From Gemmatimonadaceae bacterium (lineage in GTDB: Bacteria > Gemmatimonadota > Gemmatimonadetes > Gemmatimonadales > Gemmatimonadaceae), in the NCBI GenBank assembly GCA_040901985.1, contig JBBDYC010000008.1:240490-304489 (forward strand): a stretch of DNA of 64,000 bases, read 5' to 3'. Position 1 is the first letter of the stretch, and each line of letters starts with the position of its first letter. Below, piece after piece: positions 8,938 through 18,177 of this stretch. The notes under the pieces are model-generated. The model saw only the letters and a program-made list of their open reading frames with translations. It searched no databases and was not told the origin of the DNA. A program made the position numbers and the translations under genes.

Positions 8938-9741
8938 CTAGTGCCTCTCCAACCGGATGCTGCCGTTGACCGTCCGGGCCCGCAGCTCGGCGCCGCCGCT
9001 CCCGATGGACGCCCTGATGCGGCGCGGATTGATTGACCCCTCGAGCGTGAGCGGGAACTCCGACGAGATCCGCCCGTTCACGGTTCGCATCTCGACATTG
9101 GCGTTGGTGTTCGCCGGGAGTTCAATCGTGATGCTGCCGTTGACCGTCTCGTACTCGATGTCATCGTTGGCGCTGACCGTCGTGCGGACGGTGATCGAGC
9201 CGTTGACCGTCTCGGCGGAGACCCGCCCGGTGCTGGACCTCGCCTCAACATCACCATTGACCGTCCGCGCGCGCACTGCGCCGGTGGTGCCGGAGATGAT
9301 CAGGTCGCCATTCACGGTGCTTGCGTCCACCATCACGTGCGCCGGCACCCGCACCGTGAAGTCCACCGAGACATCGTTGCCGCGGCGCCAGTTGACGTCG
9401 TTCCCGCCGCGATAGTTGTCCACCTCGCAGCGGCCGCGGTCGTCCCAGAGGGCGCAGATCAGCACGTCCCCGTTGCCGCTCCCCGTCATCCGTGCCTCGA
9501 TGCGCACGTCGTCGGGGTCGCCGCGGCGCCACCGCTTCACGGCCCGGACCTCCACGGTGTTCCCGGTCCCCTGTTCGAAGCGGACCTCGCCATTCACGCT
9601 CCGCAGGTGGACCGTGCGGCCGTTGCCGATCTCGCCGGTCCAGTTCCAGGTGGTGCTCTCCTGCTGTGCGCCGGCCGTCGCGGCGACGGCGGCGAGGGCG
9701 AGGGCGACGAGCGCCGCTCGGGTCACGATGCGATTCTGCAT
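8938..9741 (-). CDS. DUF4097 beta-strand-repeat secreted protein
   Basis: Signal peptide MQNRIVTR..AGA; repeated TVNG units. Confidence 0.88.
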   Translation of the reverse strand: MQNRIVTRAALVALALAAVAATAGAQQESTTWNWTGEIGNGRTVHLRSVNGEVRFEQGTGNTVEVRAVKRWRRGDPDDVRIEARMTGSGNGDVLICALWDDRGRCEVDNYRGGNDVNWRRGNDVSVDFTVRVPAHVMVDASTVNGDLIISGTTGAVRARTVNGDVEARSSTGRVSAETVNGSITVRTTVSANDDIEYETVNGSITIELPANTNANVEMRTVNGRISSEFPLTLEGSINPRRIRASIGSGGAELRARTVNGSIRLERH

Positions 9742-9745
9742 TCCG

Positions 9746-10672
9746 CTACTCCCGGTTGCCCGTCGCGCCACCGCGACGGATGGTGATGCTGCCACTGAAG
9801 GCGCCGGCGATGACCCGCGCGCCGCCCGATCCAAGGGTGAACTCCATCCGTCGGTTCCGCCGTCCGGTCCCCTCGCCGGGCAGGAGCGTGAGCGGGAAGT
9901 CGGAGCTGATGCGCCCGCTGAACGTCTCGAGCTCAAGTGTGGCGCCGACGTTGGCCGGCAGCGTCAGCACGACGCTGCCGGAATGCGTGTTGATGCGGTA
10001 CGAGCCGGTCGGCGAGAGCGGACCTTCATAGGAGATGCTGCCGCTCACCGCCGACGCCCGGATGCCGTCGAGCTGGCTCCGCCGCAGCGCAATCGTGCCG
10101 CTGACGCTCTCCACGCTCGCATCGCCGCTGGCATTGCTCACGCTGATGTCGCCGCTCACGGTCTCGATCCTCAGCCGGCCGCTGACGTTGCGCACGTCAA
10201 TCTCCCCCGACACGCTCGATGTCTCGATCCGGTCCACGGCGTCGTGCACGGTGATGTCGCCGCTCGTCGTGCGCGCGGTGACCTCGGCTCGCGTGGCCCG
10301 GATGTCAATGCTGCCGGAGACGCTCGTCGCGGTCACCCGCGTGCCGATCGGCACGCTGACCTCGTACCGTCCGGTTCCCATCCGTCCGCCGACCGCGCGC
10401 GCGGTGATGGACGCGCGGCCGGGCGTGAAGCTCCGCTCGAGGCGGCCGCGCTCGAGCGTCGCACTGATGTGGACGTCGGGCCGCTGCGAGCCGACGACGC
10501 GGATCTCGCCGCTGACGAGGCCGAGGTGCACGGCACCGCCGCGGCCGAGGACCACCGTGGTGTCAATGCGGTCGCCGTCGCGCTGGGCGTGCGCCGCGTT
10601 CGGCGCTCCGAGCAGCAGGAGCGCTCCGGCGATGACGATCGTTCCAGGGAAGTGCGGCGTCAGTCGGTCCAT
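9746..10672 (-). CDS. DUF4097 beta-strand-repeat secreted protein
   Basis: Signal peptide; repeated SVSG/TVSG/TFSG units. Confidence 0.88.
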   Translation of the reverse strand: MDRLTPHFPGTIVIAGALLLLGAPNAAHAQRDGDRIDTTVVLGRGGAVHLGLVSGEIRVVGSQRPDVHISATLERGRLERSFTPGRASITARAVGGRMGTGRYEVSVPIGTRVTATSVSGSIDIRATRAEVTARTTSGDITVHDAVDRIETSSVSGEIDVRNVSGRLRIETVSGDISVSNASGDASVESVSGTIALRRSQLDGIRASAVSGSISYEGPLSPTGSYRINTHSGSVVLTLPANVGATLELETFSGRISSDFPLTLLPGEGTGRRNRRMEFTLGSGGARVIAGAFSGSITIRRGGATGNRE

Positions 10673-10675
10673 CGG

Positions 10676-11254
10676 TCAGATCCCGGTCGGGAGCGTCGCC
10701 GCTTCCCGCAGGAGGGTGATCTTGCTGGTGTAGGCGCGCGCGAACTGCGCGGCGAGGAATTGGCTGGATGGATCGGCCGCGAGCGCCTTGCGACTCTCGG
10801 CGATCGCGCGGTCAATCACGCGGAGGTTCGCCTGCAGCACCGCGAGGGTACGCGGGTCGAGGACGTCACGTCGCTCGGCCACGAGGCCCTGGAGGAGCGC
10901 GATCTCCTCGTCCATCGTTGTCACGCTGGCGTCGAACGCGGCCAAGTGGAGCGCCGCCGCCGTCTCGTCGTCCACCGTGGCGGCAAGGCCCGGCGCGCCG
11001 GCGGTCGCCGACGGCGCGCGCGTGGCGATTGTCCAGGTGATCCCGGACGTCACCGCGACGAGGAGCGAGGCGGCGACGAGCAGTCGCAGGCCGTTGTTCC
11101 AGCCGGGGAGGCGCGTCGGCCGCGCGGCGCGCGGCGGCGCCTGGCCAATCCGCGCCGCGATCCCCGGCCAGAGGTCGCGCGACGGCGTCAGCGGCGGGAG
11201 CTGCCTGGCCTCGGCCGCAATCCGTTCGAGTTCGATGTCGTCGTGGTCGGTCAT
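10676..11254 (-). CDS. Putative membrane anti-sigma factor
   Basis: PSRDLWPGIAARI, TM helix, helical C-terminus; ATGA overlap with the ECF gene. Confidence 0.75.
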   Translation of the reverse strand: MTDHDDIELERIAAEARQLPPLTPSRDLWPGIAARIGQAPPRAARPTRLPGWNNGLRLLVAASLLVAVTSGITWTIATRAPSATAGAPGLAATVDDETAAALHLAAFDASVTTMDEEIALLQGLVAERRDVLDPRTLAVLQANLRVIDRAIAESRKALAADPSSQFLAAQFARAYTSKITLLREAATLPTGI

Positions 11255-11823
11255 CGGTCCAGCATCCTCCTCAGGAGCATCCGGGCGCGGTGCAGTTGGG
11301 CCTTGCAGCCCCCGGCGGTCACGCCCAGCATCTCTCCAATCTCCTCGTGAGTGTAGCCCTCGACATCGTGCAGGACAAAGACCCGTCGGGCGCCTGGTGG
11401 CAGGGTGGCGATCGCCTGCTCGAGGTCGAGCGAGAGTCCGGGAACCGGGAGCGCCCTGACCTCCCCCGCCGAAATCGTGTCCATATCGTCAATGCCATCG
11501 TCGTGCCGTGTCCGTCGGCGCCCCTCGGCCTCGCGCTCGTTCAGCACCACGTTCACCGCCAGCCGGTGGAGCCAGGTGCCGAACGCCGCGTCGCCGCGGT
11601 AACTCGCCAGCTTCTCCCACGCCCGGACAAAGACGTCCTGCGTGAGCTCCTCCGCCCGTCCCCGGTCGCCGACCATCCGCACGCAGAGCGAGAAGACCCG
11701 GTCCACGTGCGCGCGGTACACCCGTTCGAAGGCGCGGCCGTCGCCGGCGGCGGCGAGCGCGACATCGTTGGGCGGCGGACCGGATGACCGGCGGGTGGGA
11801 AGGAGTGGCAGGGGCAGGGTCAT
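11251..11823 (-). CDS. ECF RNA polymerase sigma factor
   Basis: AEELTQDVF, FGTWLHRLAVN, LPPGARRVFVLHDVEGYTHEEIG, KAQLHRAR. Confidence 0.95.
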   Translation of the reverse strand: MTLPLPLLPTRRSSGPPPNDVALAAAGDGRAFERVYRAHVDRVFSLCVRMVGDRGRAEELTQDVFVRAWEKLASYRGDAAFGTWLHRLAVNVVLNEREAEGRRRTRHDDGIDDMDTISAGEVRALPVPGLSLDLEQAIATLPPGARRVFVLHDVEGYTHEEIGEMLGVTAGGCKAQLHRARMLLRRMLDR

Positions 11824-11850
11824 TCGGCGCCAGTGCTTCGTACGCCGGAT

Positions 11851-11878
11851 AGGATGGGGCGGGGGGCCAAAGGGTTTG
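11851..11878 (-). promoter_or_regulatory. Putative autoregulatory ECF promoter CAAACC-N16-CATCCT
   Basis: 27 nt upstream of the sigma start codon. Confidence 0.45.
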
Positions 11879-11982
11879 AAGCCGTCCCCAGGCCGGGCTC
11901 CCGCAATCATATTGTTGGCGACACTCCCGACGGGCGCCAGCCGTAGGGGTTTCAGCGATCGGGCCACCAGCGAGGAGCGAGA

Positions 11983-12450
11983 ATGGGTGCGATGGGGATG
12001 GCACAGGGAGGGGGGGCGACGCCGGCGCAGCAGGCGCCGGTAGTCCCGACCGTCCCGCAGAGCCCGGGCGCGGCAACGGGCGCGACGCCGGCGGCCCCTG
12101 CGCCGCCGGCTGCGCCGGCGGCCCCCCCGGGGCAGCCGGGGACCGAGGCGATCGTCGTGCAGCCGCCGCCGTACCGGGTGGGCAACGAGATCCCGGCCGA
12201 GGTGATCCCGATCCTCGGGATTGTGTCGGGGACGCTCATTGCGCTGGTGATCGGCTATCCGATCGTGCGGTTGATCACGCGGCTGATCGAGCGTCGCACG
12301 GATCGGTCGCTCGTGCCGGGCGATCAGGTCGCGCTGCAGCTTCGGCAGCTGCAGGACAGCGTGGATACGATGGCAATCGAGCTCGAGCGGATCAGCGAGG
12401 CGCAGCGGTTCTCGGCGAGGTTGCTGGCGGAGCGGGGCGAGAAGGACTGA
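11983..12450 (+). CDS. Hypothetical membrane protein: Pro/Ala-rich N-terminus, one TM, coiled coil
   Basis: TM VIPILGIVSGTLIALVIGYPIV; QLRQLQDSVDTMAIELERISEAQRF; start uncertain. Confidence 0.75.
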   Translation: MGAMGMAQGGGATPAQQAPVVPTVPQSPGAATGATPAAPAPPAAPAAPPGQPGTEAIVVQPPPYRVGNEIPAEVIPILGIVSGTLIALVIGYPIVRLITRLIERRTDRSLVPGDQVALQLRQLQDSVDTMAIELERISEAQRFSARLLAERGEKD

Positions 12451-14568
12451 GCAGGAGGAGAGCAACGAGGCGCGGCGGGGCGGACTCCATCGGCACGTGG
12501 GTCGCCCGGTGGTGCTGCGCACCAGGCGAGCACGCGACCAAGCCTGACGCGAAGGCAGCGGGGTCGCGGGTGGTGCGGACCAACTGACGGAGGCGCTGTG
12601 TCGTGCCGGCGCCCGGGCACGCCGCGAGTGAACGGAACGCCTCGTGAAGCTGCGCGGCGAGGACGGCGCGCGCGGCGAGCGGTGCCGCGGCCAGTGCTGC
12701 ATCAACGCGCCGACGCGCCGTCCGCCAGAGCTGATTGTCCGCGCCCCTCGCCGGGCCGACCTCACGATCCGCCTCGCGGCGCCGTCCCCAGGCGATCAGC
12801 GCCCGGCGCGCGCATTGATGCGCCTCGGGGTCCACCGCCCGCTCAGTCCCATCGGCACACTCGAGCATCGTCAGCAGCGCCTTTGGGGCATCGCTGACGC
12901 GGCAGCCACCGCGCCCGCAGCGGCCGGTGACGACTTGGGTCGTCGCGCCGCGTCGGAGCGCGGCAATGAATCCGTCCGCCGTGGCCTCGATCGCAGCGAC
13001 GCGTGCGTTGCACCGGGGTTGCTGCGACCAGCGCCGAAGCCTCGACCCGATGGCCTCGACGACGTCGGTCACCGATATCGCGGCGGTACGGACCGTCTCC
13101 TTCTGGCGGAGACGCGCCTCGAGTCGCAGGATGGCGCGGGCGCCGGCGGGCGCGCGGAACTGCGTGACCAGCACCTCGCGCCCGCCCCAACACGCGCCAG
13201 ACGCCCGAGCCGCTGCTCCAGTCGCGCCGGCGTCCAGGCGCCGTCGCCGTGCACAAGGATTCGCGCGCCCTGCAGCTCGACCCCCTCGGCAAGCAGGTCA
13301 GTGGCGAGGACAAGGCGGATCGCACGCGGATCGTCCGCACTCCACGGTTTGCCGTGCGCTCCGAGGGCGTCGAGCACCTCGGCGCGCCGCCATCGGCCGC
13401 CGGCGGCAAACACGCGCGCACCGGTCAGGGCGACGACGCCCCCGACGTGCCGTAGCGCGCGCCAGAGCGCACGGATGGTCTCGGCGTGGTGGGCGAAGAC
13501 GACCACGCGCTCCCGGTGTCGGGAGTCGAGAATCCGGCGCAACGATGCGGCGCGCGTGGCGGTGTCCGTGGCGACCGCTGGCGCAACGACCGCGCGCAGG
13601 TCGCGCACGGCCACCAGGTGCGCGCGCAGCAGGGTGAGCGCCTCGGCTGGCGGGGCGCGGTCCGTAGGTGCGGCCAGCGCGGGGAATGCGAGCTGAGTGG
13701 CGTCGTCGGCCACGATCCACTGGCGAAGTGACGCGCGATCCGGCCATCGGCCGGCGCCGAGCGCGTCGGCGAGCGCCGCGCCGCGCTGGAGTCGCCGGCG
13801 GAGCGACGCATCGAGGGCGGCGAGACTCGAGCACCACGCCATTGCCAAGGAGATACGGATGAGCGCACGCGCGGCAGCGCCGTCGGCGGCCGGGAACGGC
13901 GGCGGCAACCGGGCGATCGCCGATCCGATCCCGCGGACGTCGGCCGCGCTGGCGAGGGACGCGAGTCGCCGGACCACGGGGAGGTGCGACCGCTCGGCCT
14001 GTCGCCTGATGATCAACTGCGCGAGCGTCGCCGCATCGAGCGCCGCGGCACGCCCGCCGAGGAAGAGCGCGAGGAGCGCGTCACGATCGGCGCGGCGATT
14101 CACCACGGGCGTGGCGGTGAGGAGCAACACCCGCGCTCCACTCGCGAGTCGCGCCGCCTGTTGGTAGCGTAGGGTCCCCGGGGTGCGCAGGTGGTGCGCC
14201 TCGTCAACGATCAGCAGCGGCGCGCGCGTCGGGTCTGCGGTGCGGCTCAACGCCTCGAACGATGTGAAACGGACCCGTGCCCCTGCCCGCGCCGCCGAGC
14301 GCTCCCACTGTGTGCGCAGCACGGCCGGCGCGAGCACGAGAGCGTCGTCGAAACGGCGGGCGATTGCCAGCGCGATGACGGTCTTGCCCGTGCCAGGCGG
14401 GTCGGCGAGCAAGGCGCCGCCCGATCGCTCGAATGCCGTCTCAATCGCGGCGATTGCCTCGCACTGGGCTGGCCGGAGCGTGAATCGCCCCGCGGTGGCG
14501 GCGGACTGCTCACCGAACCAAGCGAGCGCCAGACGGGCGCGGACGGCCGCCGCGGCCCCCAACGTCAC
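12392..14568 (-). pseudogene. SF2/SNF2-like helicase split by an apparent frameshift near 13175-13190
   Basis: LADPPGTGKT, VDEAHH, LTATPVVN, VVVFAH, ATDLLAEGVELQ, EQRLGRLARVG; continues in another frame as EVLVTQFRAP..; GTG start overlaps the MTase TGA. Confidence 0.75.
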
Positions 14569-17500
14569 AACGCGTACCACGACAGGAGCGGCGCCAGGTC
14601 GGTATGGCGCACGCCGTACGCGTCGAGCGCCAGTGTGGTCAGCGTCCACGGGTCCGGCACATCTCCCGCTGCCGCAGCGCGCCCGATCGGCGCGAGGAGC
14701 GCGCGCGCCCGCTCCCAGCGCAGCGGCACCGGGAATCGCGCCGTGGTCCAGCCGAGGAAGCGGCGGTATCCGCCACGCGCGGGTTCGGCGATTGCCGCGA
14801 GCCACGCGGCGCCCACGGGTGAATTGAACAGCACCGCCAGCGCGTGCGCATCGTCTTCGGTGCGCGTCCGCACCACGTAGCAGGTGTTCAGCGGCACCGT
14901 CAGGTCGCCGGCGCGGAGTACCAGCGCTCGGGGCGCGCGGCCGATGTCCGCCCAGACGACGCGTGGGCGGTCTGCCCTCGCGGCCTCCGTGCGAAAGAGC
15001 GCCCACCACGGCCCGTGCCGTCCGTCGGTGCGCAGTTCGAGCGCACGCCGCCACCGCACGAGCCAGCGTCGTGTCGCGGGCGGGAGCGCCGCCAGCGGCT
15101 CCCCGAGCGCGCCGTGCGTCCAGATCAAGGCCTCAGACTTCGCGTCGGCGGCGATGCCCCAGGGCTGGACGTGCTCGCCGCGCAGCAGTGGACGCAGCCG
15201 ATCCGTCTCGAGCATCTGGCGAGCCGCCTCCTCGGGCGAGACGATGAACGCGGCATTGCAGCCGCTCTTCACCCCAAGCAGCGGCCGTCCGAGCGCCGAC
15301 GCGGCGAGCGGCACGCCCGCCATCGTCAACAGGTCGAACGCGGCGCGCACTTCCGGGGGGAGAATCAACCACGGGGCACCGACGGTCGCATCAAGCGCGA
15401 GGGCGGATCGCGAGATCTCCCAGGAAAGCGCCTGCTCCCCTCGGTGCACGGTCATCGTGAGTTCGGCGGTGCCGGACGCGCGGCGGGCGATGAGCGCCGA
15501 CGGATAGACCGCGGCCTCGAACCCTGCCGTGGCGCCGCTCCACTCCTCGAGCACCAACGGAGGTGCCTGCCTGGTGAGCAGGGCTCGCACGCCGCCACCG
15601 GCCAATGCGATCCAGAGTTTCGCCGGCAGGAGCAGCGCGACGCACCCGGAGTCCGCGGTGAGACGGACCGCGCGTTCGGTGAAGAGTGCGGCGAGGTCCG
15701 CCTGCCCCGCGAACCCGCGTCCCGCTGCGGCCGCCTCGGCGCCGGCGCGCCAGGCGGCGTCACGGAAGGTCACGAACCGCGCGCGGAGCGCGTCGCGCAT
15801 CTCAGCCGGGATCGCGTGCGTCCGAACCCAAGGCGGGTTGCCAATCACGAGCGAGAAGCCGCCCGCTCGTGCTGCCTCCGGAAAGTGCGTCACGAACGAA
15901 AAGGGGAGGGCGCCGCCGCTGCGCAGGTCGGCAAGCAACGACCGCGCGCGCCGCACGCCAGCCCGGCACGCCTCGAGCGCCGCGCGCGTCGCGTGGTCCA
16001 GCCCTCGCCGTGCCTGAAAGAGATCCGGCGACCGCGCCGCGGCGAGCAGCTCGCGTCGCGACGCACTGAGCTGCGCGACGCGCTGCCCGACCACCTGCAT
16101 CGCACGCTGGCGCTCCTCTCGGTCGAGCGCGCGGGCGAGCGTACGCTTCCGGGCGCCGCTGGCGCGCGAATACCGGAGTCGCAGGCCCTCGACCCGCGCG
16201 TCGCGCACCGGCTCGCCGTCGGCGAACCCGTCCCCGGCCAGCGCATCGCCTTCCCGCACGTTGCGGTCGAGGTTCGGGAGAGGCGTCAGCTCGCGTGGGT
16301 CCTCGACGGTGTCGTCCACCACCACCGAGAGCCAGAGGCGCAGCTGGCAGAGCCAGACGGCGGTCGGGTCGCGGTCCACGCCGAAGATGCTCGACGCGAG
16401 CACCGCACGCCGCCGCGCCGCGACATCGCGCCGATCGCCGGCGGCGCCGTGCAGGGCGGCCAGCTCCTCCAGCGCAAAGACGAGGAAGGCCCCCGATCCG
16501 CAGGCGGGGTCGAGCACGCGAAGTCCGACGAGCGCCGCCCGCAGCGCCGCGCGCACCGCGGGCGTCAGGGTCGCGCCGGCGCGTGCCGCCTCGAGCATTC
16601 CGGCGTCAACGCCCCGCGGCGCGAGCAGGTGATCGAACGCCGATCGGGTGAGCCGCGCGATCAACGGCGGCGGCGTGTAGAACGCGCCCTGCGCGCGCCG
16701 CGTCTCGGCGTGCATCAGCGACTCGAAGGCGCGGCCGAGCATCTCCGGGTCCACCGCCGCGTCCGACCACGCGGCCGACGTCTCGCGCGCCGTGAGTCGG
16801 TAGCGAGCGAGGAGGCCCCCGATCACTTCGCCGAGGGCGTCGTCGGTGAACCGAAGGGAGCGCCAACGGCGCTCGACCGCCGTGCGGGTGAACAGCCCAC
16901 CATTCAGGAACGGCACGCGTCCGAACGCACGCGCTGCCGCCGCGCGGTGCCGGCTGGGCGTGTTCAGCGTGCCGAAGAAGAGCGGCTCGAGGAACCGGCG
17001 GTGCGCGCCGCGTCCGCCCGTGCAGCGCTCGAGATGCGTGCGGAGGAACTCACGCTCGCCGGCCAGCCAGCCGCGCGGTTCGAGAAAGGCCAGGAAGAGC
17101 AGCCGCGAGACGTGCAGCAAGGCGATGGTGCGGCGCTCCCGGTCCGGCGCCCCGCCTTCCGCCGTCTGCGCCAGCACGCCGACGCGCTCCTCGAGTTCGC
17201 GGTAGAACCGGCGCGAGAGGGCATCGCGGCCAAGGGTCTCGCGCCACCGTCGGTGAATCATCAGGTCCAGCGTCTCGCCGCACCCCGCCAGCGCGGCGAA
17301 CGTCTCGGCGTCGCTCTCGCGCACGGCGGCGGGATCCACCTCGAGTGCGGCGATCGGAGCGCCGCCGCCCGGCGCCGGCGCGGCGATGATCAATTCCCCG
17401 CGCGCGGCCCTCCGCGCAACGAGGAGCCAGAGCAACTCGGGCGCCTCGCGCGTAAGTTCCCGACAGACCGCCGCCGCCCGCTCCCGGGCCGCCTGGCCTC

Positions 17501-17708
17501 CGCTGAACTCCGCGCAGAGCACGCGCAGCATTCCGGTGCCGGCGGCGACGCGGACGCGCGTGCTGTCGAACGCCAGACCGAACCGCCGGCGCTGGGCGAC
17601 GTCGAGCGGGTGAAGGGTACCGAGGCCGAGCGCGGCAACGAGCGGCGCGAGCGAGCCGGGTCCACGCGTCTGGGCCAGGAGCCGGGCGGCGTCGCGCGTG
17701 GTGAGCAC
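14565..17708 (-). CDS. Large N6-adenine DNA methyltransferase (Eco57I/TaqI-like, gamma class) with C-terminal TRD
   Basis: VPFLNGGLF, DPEMLGRAFE, GAFYTP, VLDPACGSGAFL, GNPPW, RPLLRGE, NTCYV; GTG start assumed. Confidence 0.9.
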   Translation of the reverse strand: MLTTRDAARLLAQTRGPGSLAPLVAALGLGTLHPLDVAQRRRFGLAFDSTRVRVAAGTGMLRVLCAEFSGGQAARERAAAVCRELTREAPELLWLLVARRAARGELIIAAPAPGGGAPIAALEVDPAAVRESDAETFAALAGCGETLDLMIHRRWRETLGRDALSRRFYRELEERVGVLAQTAEGGAPDRERRTIALLHVSRLLFLAFLEPRGWLAGEREFLRTHLERCTGGRGAHRRFLEPLFFGTLNTPSRHRAAAARAFGRVPFLNGGLFTRTAVERRWRSLRFTDDALGEVIGGLLARYRLTARETSAAWSDAAVDPEMLGRAFESLMHAETRRAQGAFYTPPPLIARLTRSAFDHLLAPRGVDAGMLEAARAGATLTPAVRAALRAALVGLRVLDPACGSGAFLVFALEELAALHGAAGDRRDVAARRRAVLASSIFGVDRDPTAVWLCQLRLWLSVVVDDTVEDPRELTPLPNLDRNVREGDALAGDGFADGEPVRDARVEGLRLRYSRASGARKRTLARALDREERQRAMQVVGQRVAQLSASRRELLAAARSPDLFQARRGLDHATRAALEACRAGVRRARSLLADLRSGGALPFSFVTHFPEAARAGGFSLVIGNPPWVRTHAIPAEMRDALRARFVTFRDAAWRAGAEAAAAGRGFAGQADLAALFTERAVRLTADSGCVALLLPAKLWIALAGGGVRALLTRQAPPLVLEEWSGATAGFEAAVYPSALIARRASGTAELTMTVHRGEQALSWEISRSALALDATVGAPWLILPPEVRAAFDLLTMAGVPLAASALGRPLLGVKSGCNAAFIVSPEEAARQMLETDRLRPLLRGEHVQPWGIAADAKSEALIWTHGALGEPLAALPPATRRWLVRWRRALELRTDGRHGPWWALFRTEAARADRPRVVWADIGRAPRALVLRAGDLTVPLNTCYVVRTRTEDDAHALAVLFNSPVGAAWLAAIAEPARGGYRRFLGWTTARFPVPLRWERARALLAPIGRAAAAGDVPDPWTLTTLALDAYGVRHTDLAPLLSWYAL

Positions 17709-17889
17709 CCGTCCACCCTTGCGCCGACGCTGCGTACTGCCGGCACCGGATCCTTGCGGTCCGGTGCGAAGTCTGGCGAGCGCGCGCCGAGCTTGAGCAT
17801 CGTCGCCTGTCGCATCTCTCCGCGCGTTCGATGCAATAGACTTTGGCGGTCCGCATCGCGCCCGGTGCGGCGGCCGACCGCCACGACGC

Positions 17890-17930
17890 TCAGGCGGGCC
17901 CGGGGCCTCCCTGGCCCCGGGCCCGCCTGA
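17890..17930 (-). terminator. Perfect 18-bp GC hairpin, probable terminator (no U-tract)
   Basis: TCAGGCGGGCCCGGGGCC-TCCCT-GGCCCCGGGCCCGCCTGA, 10 nt after the stop of the 67-aa gene. Confidence 0.75.
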
Positions 17931-17940
17931 CTGCGATCGC

Positions 17941-18144
17941 CTAGAAGCCGAAGTCCGGCGGAGGCGGTGGCGGCTTGGTCGTGTCCGGGGGACCCGGGTT
18001 GGGGTCGTACTGGAATCGGTTGTACTCGATCCAATCCGTAAATAACTCCTGCCGGAGCCACTTCGCGGTGCGGTAGTCGCGAATCCCAAGGTAGAGCACC
18101 ACGACGCCGATCAAGACGATCGCAATCTTCCAGCCCTTATGCAT
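17941..18144 (-). CDS. 67-aa membrane-anchored/secreted peptide with Pro-rich C-terminus
   Basis: GGGGG before ATG; MHKGWK + hydrophobic 15-mer; ends DPNPGPPDTTKPPPPPPDFGF; followed by hairpin. Confidence 0.75.
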   Translation of the reverse strand: MHKGWKIAIVLIGVVVLYLGIRDYRTAKWLRQELFTDWIEYNRFQYDPNPGPPDTTKPPPPPPDFGF

Positions 18145-18177
18145 ATGCCCCCCGGTTGACGAGTGATGACGATCGGG

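Noticed and set aside
8052..10672. Short recurring DNA repeats (CCGTTGACCGT, CCGCTGAC) as a CRISPR-like array
   Set aside because: They are coding repeats of the DUF4097 TVNG/SVSG units inside ORFs.
11824..12765. Long N-terminal extension of the ECF sigma (504-aa ORF)
   Set aside because: It overlaps the divergent membrane gene and a putative promoter; sigma homology starts near 11823.
12392..17708. Complete DISARM or BREX system
   Set aside because: No DrmA/DrmB/DrmC, PglZ or BrxC genes adjacent.
17709..17889. Structured ncRNA or riboswitch upstream of the MTase
   Set aside because: Only short GC stems (for example GCACCGGA/TCCGGTGC at ~17743-17767), expected at this GC content; no recognisable family motif.
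14844..17930. 1028-aa plus-strand ORF, and similar long ORFs at 9416, 18331, 50788, 53942 and 59854
   Set aside because: Antisense shadows of real genes in high-GC DNA; Arg/Ala-rich with no motifs.
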